Source: Stylophora pistillata
Taxonomy: Eukaryota
Assembly (NCBI RefSeq): GCF_002571385.2
Contig: NW_019218006.1
Coordinates: 358,140 to 422,139 of the forward strand
Direction: 5' to 3'
DNA length: 64,000 nucleotides
Positions within the stretch are counted from its first letter, which is position 1; every line of letters starts with the position of its first letter. The translations under genes were made by a program, and so were the position numbers. Below, in pieces: positions 1-28,130 of the stretch. Under the pieces are notes generated by a model. It was not told where the DNA came from, did not search any database, and saw only the letters and a list, made by a program, of their open reading frames with translations.

Positions 1-659
1 ACTTCGTCTGAGCCTCTCTACGATTTATTGTTCATCAAGGAGTTTAACAATAACTTAATGAGTGTACGAACAACAATGCCGTCTAAATGCTTTGTTTTGA
101 TGAAACAGATCGAAAACGTGCGACCAAAACCTAATTTGGAAATAATTACCACTCGAAAACAAGTTCATAGAACTTTGTTTGTGGATTTCGATGCTATTGG
201 CAGTAATGACACCTTAAACCTCAGTAAACTCTTTTTTGCTGATTACCGAGACTTCAATGATAAACGCTTTGATTCCCTTTACTTGTGCTGTAAGGGCAAA
301 TTAATTATATTTCTGAAAATTTGCATCATCAGGAAAATATTACAGCAGCCTTCGTTGGCAATCGCAAGTAATTACTTAGCCGATTCTTAAATGAACTATT
401 ATTAATGAAAAGAAATGAAAAATACCTAATCAGACAGCAGGTGTGTTGTTATGGTCACTCTATTTTGATGTCCACTGACAGAAGCCATGCAGTTAAGTCC
501 CTTATAAGTTTGATATTTGTCTACTTGGTTGGTTAATGCAGTTAAATAACAAATACGTGATTCACTCGAGCAAAGGTAACTAACTGCTCAGTCTGACTTT
601 GCCGAATGAAAAATAGACCGGGCAATTCGGCGAGCATGCGATCGAAGGCATGACCGTAC

Positions 660-1320
660 CAAATGCAAGTTCACAAATAGCAGCTGTGGAGCTTTCCAAA
701 GCGAGGGGTTAAGCGAGGTCGAAAAGCCATCATCACTTTGAGATTAGCCTCTTCTATGAGCTTTTGTGCTGCCCGCGGGAGTGTGAATGCTGCCCGCGGG
801 AGTGTGAATGCTACCCGCGAGAGTGTGAATGCTGCCCGCGGGAGTGTGAATGCTGCCCGCGGGAGTGTGAATTGACCTGATGCCGGATTCGGAGCGGACA
901 TTTCCTTGCGATCGCGGAGTCTGTTGTTCAGGAGTGTCCTCTTCGTCTGATTGAAAATGCTCGATGTTCAAAGAGCCTTCCAAAGTTACACCACTATCTA
1001 AATCTGTATTATCGATTAAAACTTTCGTCATGATATTTAGAAATGGACTGAACACTCATCCGGTGAGGGTTAAAACTCATTACAACCGCTCTTTACGAGG
1101 GATAATTAGGCGGATGTCGACTCAATGATGCGAAAATCTTTACAAAAACGGAAGACGATAGTGGTCGAATATCAGTTCCAACTAACACTGATGCATACTG
1201 TATAATTGTTAGAAAGGACAGTGTTTAATATCACTTGCAGACTTACCCTTAGCTGGTTCCACTCGGTTCATGCCTGCAACGTTTTACTCTTTCCTGTCTT
1301 GACGAGGCATAAGTCAAACT
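660..1320 (-). pseudogene. Possible decayed exons of an unidentified gene containing a 7-aa repeat
   Basis: Donor AGG|gtaagt at 1246, acceptor tacag| at 1198 and donor TTG|gtacgg at 659. The frame reads YASVLVGTDIRPLSSSVFVKIFASLSRHPPNYPS*...DLDSGVTLEGS...(GSIHTPA)n..HRRG*SQSDDGF...LHL, with in-frame stops and a frameshift. The implied intron is only 49 nt and no family was recognised. Confidence 0.25.
768..872. repeat. 21-bp tandem repeat, 5 copies (GCTGCCCGCGGGAGTGTGAAT)
   Basis: Directly visible; one copy carries two substitutions. Confidence 0.95.
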
Positions 1321-3499
1321 AATCTTTGAGTACACATACGAGTGTGTTTTTCACATGCGAGTGTGTTTTTCAGTTATGATATGAATTATGCATTATTTTT
1401 AGTTCGTTTCCAGGAAACGATCATGGATGGTGTTTTAAATCTGGAAAATTTGGAATGGCTTCATTAAATTAATCCGAGGATCACAGACGTGAGTGCAAAG
1501 TATGATAATTTTGAATAGCAAATCTTTAATATGCAGGGTGAACTTCATTAGGCCACCGACGTTTGAAATCAAATAATGTTCAAACTACAAAAGGTGTAAT
1601 CAAAAAGTCTCTTAATGTCCGGGCTAAGCTGATTCAGCTACAATGCTTGATATACGCTTGAGTGCATCTTTTTTGTTGCTTTTTTTTAGCAAACAGCTGT
1701 TTCATACCAAGGTGCGATTTAAATGTTCAATAAGTACGTACAAATAAAATCAAAGGCAAACATGCGTAGTCACAGCTGAACCAACTGAAGATTATCTTAA
1801 TCTGAATTTATCAAACGGTCGATTTGGTAACTAGCATTCGATTCAAGACAAGTAGTGGTAGCTTCTCTGTATACAAAAGATAGTCAACATCAAATCTGAA
1901 CGATTTCTTTCGTTAATCAATATCACCCATTAGTCCTGTCGAACAACATCGAATCATTATCTAATAGACGGAATCGTGAGATTATTTTCGGTTTTCATGG
2001 ATACGCGGTCATATCAGATCATATTTATCATATCAGTGAACCAACTGAACATATTCATATTTATCATATCAGCGCTTCTAAACAGTTGTAAGACATTCCT
2101 CTTTATTATCTTTTGCTCCTAAAGGTTTTTGTAAAAAATAAAATGCAAAAAAAGTGTGAACTAGTTGATTTCGTAGCCAAGGGTTCGTTAACTGATAAAA
2201 TTGACGTAATCGAGAGCGAAATTCGTCCCCAAACTGTTTCAAAGCTGAACGCAGAAACACTTCGAATACAATTCTTTGCTTCTGTAATGATCGATTAGCT
2301 GCGGAAGATGTGACTGTCATATACCATCGCACAGCGAAAGACAGGAGACTGATTTCCTTTCTATTTCAAATTAGTCTCAGATCTAGAGTCAGATCTAGAG
2401 TCAGTGTTGCTCTGTTTTGTTTACGATTTTGATAATTAACAGGGTATATCTGGCGACCAAATAGCCCCAACCAAGTGCACGGGCATTCAACATGAGCGAA
2501 AGTGCAGGCACAAGAGAAACCGCTTTCGTCACGTTGACAACCGCCGTAATTGGCTTTCAGCTCGACTCCACTTAGCAAAAATCTGGATCAGGCGACTGAC
2601 TACCAACCAATTTTGTCCGCCTGGAGCATCTCGTTGTCACCCTTCGCTAACCTAACTGCAGTCGGTTGCGAACATATCACAACCACATTTAATTGAAATG
2701 ATGAAAATGATATTAACAACAACAATAATGATGGTGAATAATAAAGATAGAAAATATAGGACGAAACCATCTGACAAAGAACAGAGCTGTCCACAACCAG
2801 ATGAGATCGTCCAAATTAGATGGAAATGTTCAAAAGAGACAGAAAAGACAGTACAATCCTAGAATAGACGAACTTTCCGAAGACACGAAACCACCGATAA
2901 TCAGACGGAACCCTCAAAAAGTGGTTGGAGTGTACGAAATCAGACGAAACCGTCTGCAAATGTACAAGATTGTCAGAAACTAGAGGGAACCGTCACAAAC
3001 TTGACGGAGCCGTACAAAATAGGACGGCAGAATAAATGGTTACGTGTTAGCCAAACTAATGGAAGTACCCCCCCTCTCCCAAAAAAGAGGATCACCCAAA
3101 ATTGGGATATAATTTCGAAGGATCTCTACGAATTAAATGGGCGGTAATGCTGATCCATTGAATCGCAAATGCTGTTTGTGGGTTTGAGCTAAAACTGAGA
3201 AAGTATCAAATTTAATAGACAGAAAGGAATAAACAAGGGTATTTTAACTTACGCATTCAACTCAGGAAGACTGACATATAATTGCAGCTCAGTTGTGCTT
3301 TTTATTAAGCAATCACAACATTCTACATTTAATCTCCCTCGTGAGAAATTTTAAATTACCAAGAATTTAATAAGTACTTGTGCGACTCAGTGAAACTGTT
3401 TTGCTATGAATTCCCTCGCTACTTTGTTTCACACTTTACATCGATGCCGCTGTGCAGTGCTAGGATTATTCAAGTTTGGTATATACCACACAGGTTTAA

Positions 3500-3740
3500 C
3501 TTACTGTGCTTCGCGCGCGCTGATTGGCTAGTTTGGAAGTGATAACCAAGTAGTATTCACTTCCAAGCACTCTGAGACAAAACCGCGCGTCGAGAGTTTA
3601 ATTTCCGACTTTTTTTCGGTATATTGTCAGAAATAAACCAATTCTTGTTGAATTTTTTTTTCTTTGGTTTTTGTGTAGTATATACTAAAACAATTAATCA
3701 CTTCGTATGTTTACCTCCACTAAGGAGAATAATTGTTAAT
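3500..3740. mobile_element. Decayed non-autonomous element (Crypton-like/MITE family common in cnidarians)
   Basis: Contains a gcgcgctgattggcta box and terminal imperfect hairpin arms aacaattaatcac...gaataattgttaa. Similar end motifs occur in the 35741-36038 element. Confidence 0.45.
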
Positions 3741-5951
3741 AATACTGAAACTTATTGTTCCATAATTCGCAAAAAGTGTAAAGAGAAAAGTCAGAGTAGC
3801 AAGCACTATTGTTACTAATAATAATGCTAATAATGGAAACCAAAATTTCAATAATTCATAAATAGCCACATCATCCCTCTGCTGGAATGAGAAAACGCTC
3901 TAAGAATAAAGTTGAAGTACACAGGAATCTAGGGTAATTTTTTACATCTGATATTCAAACAAAATAAAGAAACTGAAAACAATTCTACTCATTCTAACCA
4001 GCGAAGTAATGGAAACGTAACTTCTCTACGCAATTTCAATTTCGAAAAAACGTGCAAAAGAATTTACTTTCATTTCAGCTGGATGATGCCATGCTGTTGC
4101 AACATCAAACTCTCCGAGCTAATCTACAACGGAGAGTATTGTAGCTCTAAATTACAAATACCCAAACTCACTTGCCGCAGTCTCGTGAAAATGTTGAAGG
4201 GTTCCTGTCACATAACTATATTCTCGACGACTGAAGGCAATTCATAACAAATGAACTTCGTATTAACCAATCAGAAGAAAGAAATATCCACAGCTGATAC
4301 CAATACCTAAAAGTATACATAGCCGGTCAAATTTCTGAATGTCCGACGAACTACAGTTCATTCTCATTTTGCATACAGTCTTCATGCAAACGCATACAAC
4401 CGTACCCTTAATCATCAGAATAAAAATATCCTCCATATCAAAGAAGTAGCTAACACTAACAACGTCTTAGAGGACAGTTCACATCTCCTTTTCTTGTAAC
4501 TTCATCTTTTTAACTCCTTAGAAGACGACCATCGCCAAACTATGCATTTGTTCCGTCTTTTACCAAATACTTCCGTGTTCAAAAGTTTTAACTTTATCAC
4601 CTTCTCAAATATTGACAGCAGTAAATGCATCAGCTATAGCTCCGTGATGAAGGAGGGCATCTCTTAACAGTTACAAACTTTGAAAAATTGGTAAATTTGT
4701 AGGTAACTTCACGAACTACCGGTAGTTAGAACTTAATAGAAGGCTACATACGGTGTCACTGTGGAACTCTTTTCGTATTACACATTGCTGTGTTACCAAG
4801 CTTTCTTGGTGCACTTCATTACTACTTAAACCTTGATACTACAAGACAGAGAAAACTCACAACCACTATCTAAATGTGATATAATTGGGTCAAACTCACA
4901 ATTGGATTCGTTCAAAAAGTTGCCTCTAGGTGCGAAATGACAAAAACCTACAGCAGTACCAGAAAATTGAGACAGTATTCAGCAATTCAATTCCACAGGG
5001 CAGAAACTATGAAGGAACCAATGGGAAAAATACAATTCTTCACAACCCGATTTTGCATGACAAATTTGGAAAAAGAAGTAAAACGAAAAAGAAAGAAAAC
5101 AATTTTAAGTAAACCTCCCACTCCCTTATTTCACCCTAAATTCCCAGAATGTACAAGTTATGTCTTAGCTTCCTAGCTAAATTATGCATATATCACTACA
5201 TATCTAACGCATAGTTATTACAACTTATTCAAATTGGATTTATCTATTTCGAGATAAATTATGCTTAAATGAAACGCAGTCATGGAACAAGCCAACTTGT
5301 CTCTCTTGAGCAGCAAAGGTGATATTCACAGGAAGCTTGCCGAAGAGCTACATACAGACAACTCAGATTTTAAGCGATTGTCGGCGGTAGCCATCCGAGA
5401 TTGCAATTGTTTTGCTTTCAGTATGCCACTATCTTACTCGTGGAAAAAAATATCGCCTCACCTTCTCGACCATGTATTCAGATAGAAACCTCAAACCAAT
5501 CGTAACTTGATCCCACTCATTTTCCGCGCTCGTACCACCGAGCTCTCGGTAAATTACGGATATCTGCTTTGTTTTTGATTTGCCGTTGTGAATACTAAGT
5601 TGAGGTTTAAGGATGCTCAATAAAAAGAAAAACAAAAACAGGATAGCTTCACGTGTTACCTCAGCACTCTAGCAAAAGAAGTCTTACCCTGATTAATCGA
5701 AATCACTTTCCAGTGAATATCCGGAGGGGAAACATAGCTTAAATTAGCGTCTCGCTCATCATTAGAACCAAATCACAAAAGGGAAAAAATTTGGCTTGTC
5801 TAGGCGCGCTTCTTAGGAAATAATACTTACATCTTAATTACGTGGTCTTTCGACAATACTAGAAATACCTTACCATTCCACGCAAACGCAAAACCGGAAA
5901 CATCTCCCGGATACATTTCATCACCTAGCTAAGTAAATTACACAGGAATTC

Positions 5952-20236
<14,285 letters not shown>

Positions 20237-20298
20237 GTTACCTTTCGCTGCATCGAACCATCTGCAGCCCAACTTGATTTTGGCTTTCCGCTAACTAT

Positions 20299-20308
20299 GT
20301 GACGTCAC
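20299..20308. promoter_or_regulatory. Perfect palindromic CRE (GTGACGTCAC) upstream of PKC
   Basis: Exact TGACGTCA about 65 nt upstream of the PKC ATG. Confidence 0.6.
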
Positions 20309-20317
20309 GGTCCAGTT

Positions 20318-20327
20318 CCTTATATGG
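20318..20327. promoter_or_regulatory. Consensus CArG box / SRF site (CCTTATATGG)
   Basis: Exact CC(A/T)6GG, 9 nt from the CRE. It could also act as a TATA-like element (CATATAAG) on the - strand. Confidence 0.55.
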
Positions 20328-23300
20328 AAGGGCTCTTAAATGGTGCCAGATTTTCCAAAACGGACATGTTTAACTTTACCGCTTTGCAAATTCGCAAAAA
20401 TTTACTAATTTTGATGAGTGACAGAAACAATTGTAGGTTTCTGAGGGAAAATTTTGACTGATTAACCCTATTTTGTGCGCGTTTAATGGCTGCAAGCTGA
20501 ATAATTCCTTTTGTTGGTGACGGCACGCAAAGATCTTGATTTGCATTATCAACAATTTTTGCAAGTGGATTGATCGGCCGTGTCGACTGAAGATATAAAC
20601 AGCACCTTCACGGGTTGTCGCCCTACCGGATATACTGCAGATCGCAATCATCAGAAAACAATAGCGGTATAAATAAAGCGAAATATTATTTCTTCAGTTC
20701 ATTGATATTTTTTCTTGGAAGAGAAAAACGAAATCCGACGATCGACCTTGCAAAAAACTGGCTTCTTTGAGATATTCTATCGAAATGCATGTCCTTTATT
20801 CCTTTAATTCTGGATAGATTTCCAACTAGAGCCACATTTAGACTAGCAGTGACTATTTGTTACTTAGTTATACCTAAAATGTAATAAACGTTTGGTAAAA
20901 TCTACGCTAATCAATTAACCAAATGCCCTGTTCCAATATTCGAGGTCTTGTAAGATAGTGTTATTAGTCATTATTGAAACCCGAAGTCATTTTTTATGCT
21001 GAAAATTAAAATCTTGAAAAAAAAGCAGCCGGCAGGTGTTACTTCTACTTCAAGTGGACAGGTCACTTCTTTTGAATATTTTCCATCCCCCAAATCAAAA
21101 TAACTTTTTCTTTTTACAATTACCTTAAGTGGACTATCACAAAATATTTGGATAAAACACTAAAACGATCCTCTAGACAATTCGTGTCACAACGAAGAGC
21201 GATCAAAAATAGAATGCAAAATACTCCGCGGTTAGGTTTAGTGAATTTCCATAATTTTTCTCGATTCCCGCGAAAATTAAACTCCCGTCGTTAGGCAACC
21301 ATTCTTTGGCTAACATATTTCTGGATCGAGCAAAAACCGACGGCAGCGAGCCAGCCGAGGAAATATGCGTAGCACTTTTTCTAGAGCCGCTTGTGTTCTA
21401 GTACACTTGGGGTCGCTACACATTCCTTGAATTAAGGATCATTCACATGAATCGCCGGATCTCTTACTGACCAGCATTTAAATTTCGAAACCACATTCCT
21501 CAAAAGGAAAATTGCTTTGGCTAATGGATGATCTTAATTTGATGCAACGATATAGTACACAATGGCTCTCTTTCGATAATGCACCATAACAGACAAGACA
21601 ACACGACAGATTTTCTTTATTTACTTTATTATTTTTTCAAAATCACCGGCAAAACATTTTTTAGAGGCAGATTGTTCATCGCATCGCCGAGACATTGGAT
21701 CACTTGAGAAAAAAACACGAATATATAAGGCTTTCCGGCGCCATCTAATTGAATTAGCTTACGGGATAAGGAAAACCCTAATTATTCAACCAATTGTTTT
21801 TTGAATAGCCGAGTCCTCGGCGTACCAGTGCACTTGTTCAATAAATGAATAAGACAATATATACGTATGCGCAGATCATTATCCAAAAGTATTCAAAGAT
21901 GAATAGCATCAGTTACCTCGATTATGCAAGAAAACAGCCAAACCTCTTTGGGAGGGGTCAGTAATCCTAAGCTTGAGACAAAGAGATCAGAAATACATTT
22001 GTTTTTTCACTGATTTGGAATAACTTCTTTCCTACCTCCAGAAGATGCGATGCTCGCCCTCAAAGCTGAGTCAATTTCGAAACTGAAACCTAGCGTAAGC
22101 TACCTTGAGCTGATCCAGGTAGAAAACGTCTGATACAGAAAAAAACTTTTTCTCTCCCGCAGAACTTTATTTCAAGCATATATGACTGCACATTTCATAT
22201 TATTCAAACAATCATAAAACCAATAAGTCCCCCCCCCCTCTTTCAGACAGAAAACATGTTTGTGAAAGGAACTTGATGGAGATGAGGGGGTTAGCAAAGA
22301 GGAGGCTTAGTTAGGGAGGGGGGCTCATCTATAATAAAGGAACTTAGTAGAGAGGAGAAAGGCTCATTTGGGCATTTGCATTGAACAAACCTGCCGTCAT
22401 CATATATTCAGGAAACGTGCAATTTAAATATAACCAACTGCCTGGCTATGGCTCTTTAGCTGAGCCTGCTTTGCACGCGAGCCAAGTGGCTTACATACTT
22501 CGGACTTATTCAGATGTCCACAATATCAAGCGATCAGGAGAACTGCTATTCTTTCTTATACAACCCCACTCCGGGCTGTCTCTTTATCCGGTTCAACCTC
22601 ATTTACAATACTGCACGCAGGCGAGGGAGAAAAGGACAGTGATCGCAATCTTCGGCTAAAGCTTGAACCTAAAGCTTCCTATTTGAAGATCAGCCACCTC
22701 ACATGCTTGGTTTCTTCTTGCTCTTGCCTCAGTCAAATTAATATCGTTGCTATCAAGAGAAAATCATGCTCCAATAATCTTCACAGCCTTCGGAAAATAT
22801 CGCCCTGTGAGATAACAAAAGAAACTGAAAAAGACATTGCAATAATAAATAAGAAAGCACACAAGCAACACGTTCTGTTGTGATTGATGTTACGAGTGGA
22901 GTCAATGAAGCGAAAGAAAAAATTTGGAGGAGAACATGGGAGATTTCACGAACATTTGCACTGCTAAACTGCCAAGCTCGGCTAACATCTTTGTTTTGAT
23001 TTCTCCCGCAGGCAATTGTATGAAGCCGAATAGAGGCCAAATTATAACCACGCCAGTATGCTTCATTTAACTGGCTCTCTATCGCAAGATGAGACAACCA
23101 ACTGGGACTCCACAATAGCGCATCACAGATTAAACCAAATGAATTCAAACAAGCTATCAGTCATTCATAACCACTTAAGCCAAGGAGGCGTTGAGTGATA
23201 TCCGCTTTGCCGGCTTTTCAAAACATTCACAAGAAATAGTTTTTCAATGCAGATTTCTCTATTTCTATTTAAAACCATTTGGAGTCAATTTACCTTGACA

Positions 23301-24387
23301 AAGCGTCGGCTAGTATTATGTCACATAACAAGAACTAAATTGGCCATTTAGGACTAAATCGTGTATAAAAGAAGAGATTAGTGGCAATCGTTGGGCTAAG
23401 CAAATTCATTCAGAGAGAGATCCAGAATGCGAAAGAGGGATCGATAAGTTTATAGAGCGTTAACTCCTAAGGACTCACGTATTTTTATCGCTCGCCCGCC
23501 CACCCGTTCCATCAAACGAGCGCAAAATTAAGCAAACAGCCACGAACCACAAGCCACAAGCCACTGGTCAAAAGCCTTACGTGACTTGTTTATTATCAAT
23601 TCTAATACAATTTGTACCTTTTTAATTCCCCAGGATAATAATCTATGAACAAGATAAGCATTGTACCATTTCGGAGGCAAAATTTGATGAACGGTTTTGA
23701 GACAAAGAACTTGACTTAGGTTTGATTCATTGTCAATTTTTGTGTCATCTTGCATGAGTGCCGCACGTTTACGCATGATAATGAGAAAATGTGGCGGACA
23801 ATACAAGCATGATTACGTCAATACAGTGTTACAAAATTGCGGGGTGTAATTATAGAACAGCCATCTCGAAGTACTGCTCAGCTGTTTTTCTACCATAAAA
23901 CAGCGGATTTTTCTAGTTTAGGGGCTAGTCTGTAATGCCGTGAAAGAAGTAGGAAAATCCAACGAGCCTACATACTTTTTACTTCAGTCGGCACGTCCTA
24001 GTTGAAAACCTTAACAACTTTTTGCAAACTCGTAGGCGTTTATTGCGTGCGAAAACAGAATAGAGTGGGTGGATCAATCCCAAAAGAGCGCTTCTTCGGC
24101 AACATTACACACTTGGTCTTTTCACTGATTAACGGTCCTTGAACGAGCGAATAAGCACCCTGTGACCATGCCGCTGTTTTGTGTAACCAGTCATGTTCTA
24201 GCCCACCAGAACATGAGCTTTGTCACGTCTGACGGTTATGTCTATAGAAATGCCGAGCACATCGATCAATGTTTTCAATGTGGGCGTTTTAGACGTCAAA
24301 AAAAATTTCTAACCATATTTTTACCATATGGTTTTATAAGCGACAAGCCCGAATGAGTGCCAAATTGATCATCCGATACAAGTTGCA

Positions 24388-24586
24388 CCTCAGAGATCTG
24401 ATGTTAATTCTCCCCTCTAGCTGCTAGATATTTCCTGATAAGTCAGTTGGGTAAATTTGCTGTTAGACCGAGATAACAGCTTCTACATGATAACTTTGAG
24501 TATTCTCATTACCTTTTTGCAGGATAATGTATGCATATTACAAGGAGAAGTTACATGTTAATCACTTCAGGGAGTTAAAAGATTAA
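24388..24586. mobile_element. TTAA-type MITE, 5'-eroded copy
   Basis: agatctgat.gttaattctcccctctagctgcta...ggagaagttacatgttaatcacttc matches 52590-52801. Confidence 0.75.
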
Positions 24587-24789
24587 TTTTAAATATCTCT
24601 ATATAACAACAATACTGTCCCGTGTAGCACACAGGGCGAGTTGGTGAGGCACTCATACAGCCATGAGAAATCCTTTCCTATGCCTCTATTCTCTGCTGCT
24701 TTCTGTGAGCACGGGAAAAATTCAAAACTTCTCGTACACTGCTGCTATCCTCGATTCTTTTCCTAATCAGTGCATGCCAATTGAGCTAA

Positions 24790-25124
24790 CCGCCTCCCGG
24801 TTAGCTCAATGGCTTAGAGCGCCGGATTGTGTTGTGCGGGAGGTCGAGGGTTCACGCCCTGGCCGGACCGTTACTTATGGTCTTAAAATCAGTGAGGAGA
24901 ATTTGCTACCTTTCTATAATCAAAAAATGGATAGATATTCTAGTCTTCTCGGATAAGGACGAATAAACCGTAGGCCCCGTCTCCTGCAGGGTTAGGGGTA
25001 GGAGACGGTAATTTCCCACGCCCGAGATTACTATGTAGTGGATGTCCTTCCCTGGGGTGGGATGGGTGGGAATTAGCCCTGAAAAGCCCCCATTGGGAGT
25101 GGCCAACTAACGAATGTATGTATG
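24790..25124 (+). mobile_element. tRNA-derived SINE, near full length, with (TATG)n tail
   Basis: A-box tagctcaatgg, B-box ggttcacgccc, central ctcggataaggacgaataaaccgtaggccccg block (resembles the MetaSINE core from memory) and tail tgtatgtatg. Confidence 0.75.
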
Positions 25125-25507
25125 CGGCTGTTTATTTCTTTCATCACTTACTGTCTGTATTACATGTTACAGAGGATTACAGGGTCGTTCTGGAAGGGAC
25201 AGATGCACGTTGAAGATTCCTTTACCACAGCTATTATCGCCAAATAACCACAGAAATCACATATGTTTCCTTATTACACAGATGGGAGGAGTGGAGTGGT
25301 CGGTGACGGTCCTGCCTCATGCATCCGCAGTTCACTTGTCTCTAATTTCTAATTTAAAACTAAACCATAAATTGGTTAACATGAGATAAACTGATTCCCA
25401 CGAGATGTCAAGTTCCTGCTGTGTACGTACACTCAGCTCTTTGTTCCTCACGAAAGGTCCTCAACAGTATCGGTCACTCCTCTAGCTTGACTTTACAAAG
25501 GTGTACT

Positions 25508-26648
25508 TTAACTAGTACTCAGTTTCCTCGAATTACTCTCCGAACATGCGATGCCTATCATGGTTCACCGAATGCTCCTCATCTTCCGGCAGTAAATGAT
25601 TGGATTGAGGGCAGAGTTCAGTTGGACAAGAGTCCATGAAGACACGAATATCATCGTGAAAATAGGTTGTTGATGTGGATGTGTTATAAAATGACGTAGA
25701 CAGTCGACAAAAAGCTGAGGAAAAAAAAAAAAGTCTTTTCATAGGATTACACAATTACTGGTGAACCAGTAGTTTCCATTGTGGTCCTTGCAAACAAATG
25801 AAACAAATGGTCTAAATTGAACATAACATCATTAAGAACCCCAACCGGCCGGAGGCAAACCAGTTGGCTATTTACAAGCGTGGCCAAGGATCTGAACTCA
25901 GCCACATTGCCTCCCAACATACCCAAAATGCAGATAACATACCCAAAGTGCACCGTGAATCCAGTATGTACTCCGAGCAGATTTGTTAACCCTGACATCA
26001 TTTATTATGTTATGGCTGTTTTGAGATAAATTTTCCCTAGCCTGAACCCGTAAATGTTGGCGTCTGATCGTTAAATAAACCTTTAAAGTAAACCATGTGG
26101 TGGAAAAGAAGCAAAATAATTCGATAAGGAAAAATATCCCAAGACATTCTCTGTGAGAAGGAACACGTTTACCAAGCCAAGAAATGCACTAAAAAGCTAT
26201 ATTGTAATAACCGTGATAACCACTCGTTCGGGAGTCACCAGTTGCTGGTAACGCAAAGGCCTCCAAATGGAAACGAATCTGTCCGCACTTACGGCTGTAA
26301 TACCAAAAAACGACGATAGAAAGAGGACATTGGTAATGAGGAAAAAAGAAGTACGTAGTTTATGCAAGTTGCCGTGTACTTGGCCCACTCGTCGAGCGAT
26401 GTATTATGGTTGACCCAGAATTCCAACACCGAGATCAGAAACAGCAAGGCTTAAAAGCAATATTTTTAAAGTTTTTGACAGAGAAGAAGTTTTTCGCAGA
26501 GCTTGGATTGCTAGAATGTTCATGATAATGGTTGGATAGCATAGGAAATGTTGAGGACGGTTTTAGCCACGAGAACAGAATACATTGGATCTTGTAAAGT
26601 CCCAGAGCTTGAATTTTGTCGTTCCGAGCCAGAGAGTGAGTTATTCAT
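25508..26648 (-). pseudogene. Class A GPCR pseudogene, paralog of 29999-30940
   Basis: ATG at 26648. Segments read ALRKTSSLSKTLKILLLSLAVSDLGVGILGQP*, SADRF..IWRPLRYQQLVT, NKSARSTYWIHGALWVCYL|PQLF and LNSALNPIIYC. It has at least two frameshifts, several in-frame stops and a SINE inserted in TM6. Confidence 0.9.
25721..25914 (-). mobile_element. tRNA-derived SINE, internally deleted copy inserted in the GPCR pseudogene
   Basis: Nearly identical to 56614-56802. It retains the 5' tip ggaggcaatgtggc but lacks the tRNA body. Confidence 0.85.
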
Positions 26649-27816
26649 AATTATTTTTAACTGTTTAGACTGGGTTCAACTTCACTTGAAGTTAGTTTAT
26701 ACTTTTTGAAGATGTACACCGTCTGGAGAACAAGTAAGACAATGCAAGCATCACAAGAGAATAGGAAACTGCAATAAAACTGTCCGCCTTTTGTCTTTAG
26801 GTTTTCATTTCGCAGTAAACTTTGCTATTTCATTGGCTATAATAACGTAGTTAACGAGAATTTTTGTGACATCTGTCTTATTCTTTTTAGGCCTAGGGTT
26901 GAACAAAGTGTTTCTATGGGAAAAAAGTCAACTCATTTACGCAGGAAACAATGCTAGGGCAATTATAGAAGGTAATTTTCTTCACTGAACAGATGGCGTT
27001 TTCACGCAGAGGCTTTTCGCCTGTTACAATAAGAAATAATTAAGCTGTGTGAACCAAGAAAAACAGCCCATACTGTTCTGCTTAGTCCTTTCATTGAAGA
27101 GAGAAAAAAATAACCAACAAAACAAGACAAAAAAGGAAAAAAACAATATTTTTAGTTCAACGTGTATAGTAGTTATTAAGAAGTACCATCCAGCACACAA
27201 GACTTCGACGACAGTTGAGAATTAAACGAGAAACGTCAGGAAGGAAAACACGCTATAGCTCTCAGATATAAAGGAACAGATAATTATGTCTCCACGTGAC
27301 TTTCATGTTTTTCTCATATGACAACATTACCATTTTTGGGGATGAATGCACGAGTCAGTCCCAATTCCATTCCGAGATAATTACTTGGCTTCATTCTGCG
27401 TTTGCAAATACTTGTGTTTTCTCTTCGTCCAAACTCTCCCTTGAGGATGCCATCTAGGAATCTACAGTCGTGCTACGGTGATGCTTTTAATAGAGACTAA
27501 AGTAACAGTCTTGAGCGTGAGACAGACGTGTAGATATCCTGGCAGAGGTACTCGACAAAACAAAACTTAACCAGCTTTTCCAGGGATTTTGACAAACTTG
27601 AGGCTTTTAAAAAGAGGTGGTAACATCTCTCACCACCAGATCATCAGTTCCTGATTACATTTGTTTGAATAGGCTATACGGTACATGAGCGAGAATATGA
27701 AAACTATGGAACTGATGAACTATTGGATGATATCTCTTCGAACAGAAATAATGCAGCTAAAGACGACTGGGGGCAAAAGATAAGATATGCCAGTCTAGCT
27801 ATTGGACATCACGAAG

Positions 27817-27943
27817 NNNNNNNNNNNNNNNNNNNNNNNNNNNNNNNNNNNNNNNNNNNNNNNNNNNNNNNNNNNNNNNNNNNNNNNNNNNNNNNNNNNN
27901 NNNNNNNNNNNNNNNNNNNNNNNNNNNNNNNNNNNNNNNNNNN
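27817..27943. other. Assembly gap
   Basis: Run of N. Confidence 1.
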
Positions 27944-28049
27944 NGTATATTTATGTTTCATTAAAGGGTTTAGCATATCAATAGATTCTGAAAGATGGTG
28001 GGTTTTTTTTGCTTGATCTTCTAAAAAGAAACATGTCTCTATTTTTCCC

Positions 28050-28130
28050 TGAGCATAGGACAAAGAGTTCCCCACGAGGAATTGAACCCCGGTCCTTCTC
28101 GTTCGCGGGGCGATGCTCTACCACTGAACC
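28050..28130 (-). mobile_element. tRNA-like SINE head fragment
   Basis: The - strand reads ggttcagtggtagagcatcg...ggttcaattcctcgtgggga (A and B boxes), with no convincing acceptor stem. Confidence 0.55.

Noticed and set aside
28-390. 120-aa ORF at the window start
   Set aside because: No recognisable domain; at most a faint resemblance to a decayed Penelope endonuclease C-terminus.
22753-23148. 131-aa ORF (also 2113-2298, 31523-31864 and 57169-57513)
   Set aside because: Non-ATG starts, no motifs and no consistent splice partners.
27580-27816. Exon-like segment DFDKLEAFKKRW...YASLAIGHHE
   Set aside because: Two in-frame stops, cut by a gap, and no family recognised; it cannot be supported.
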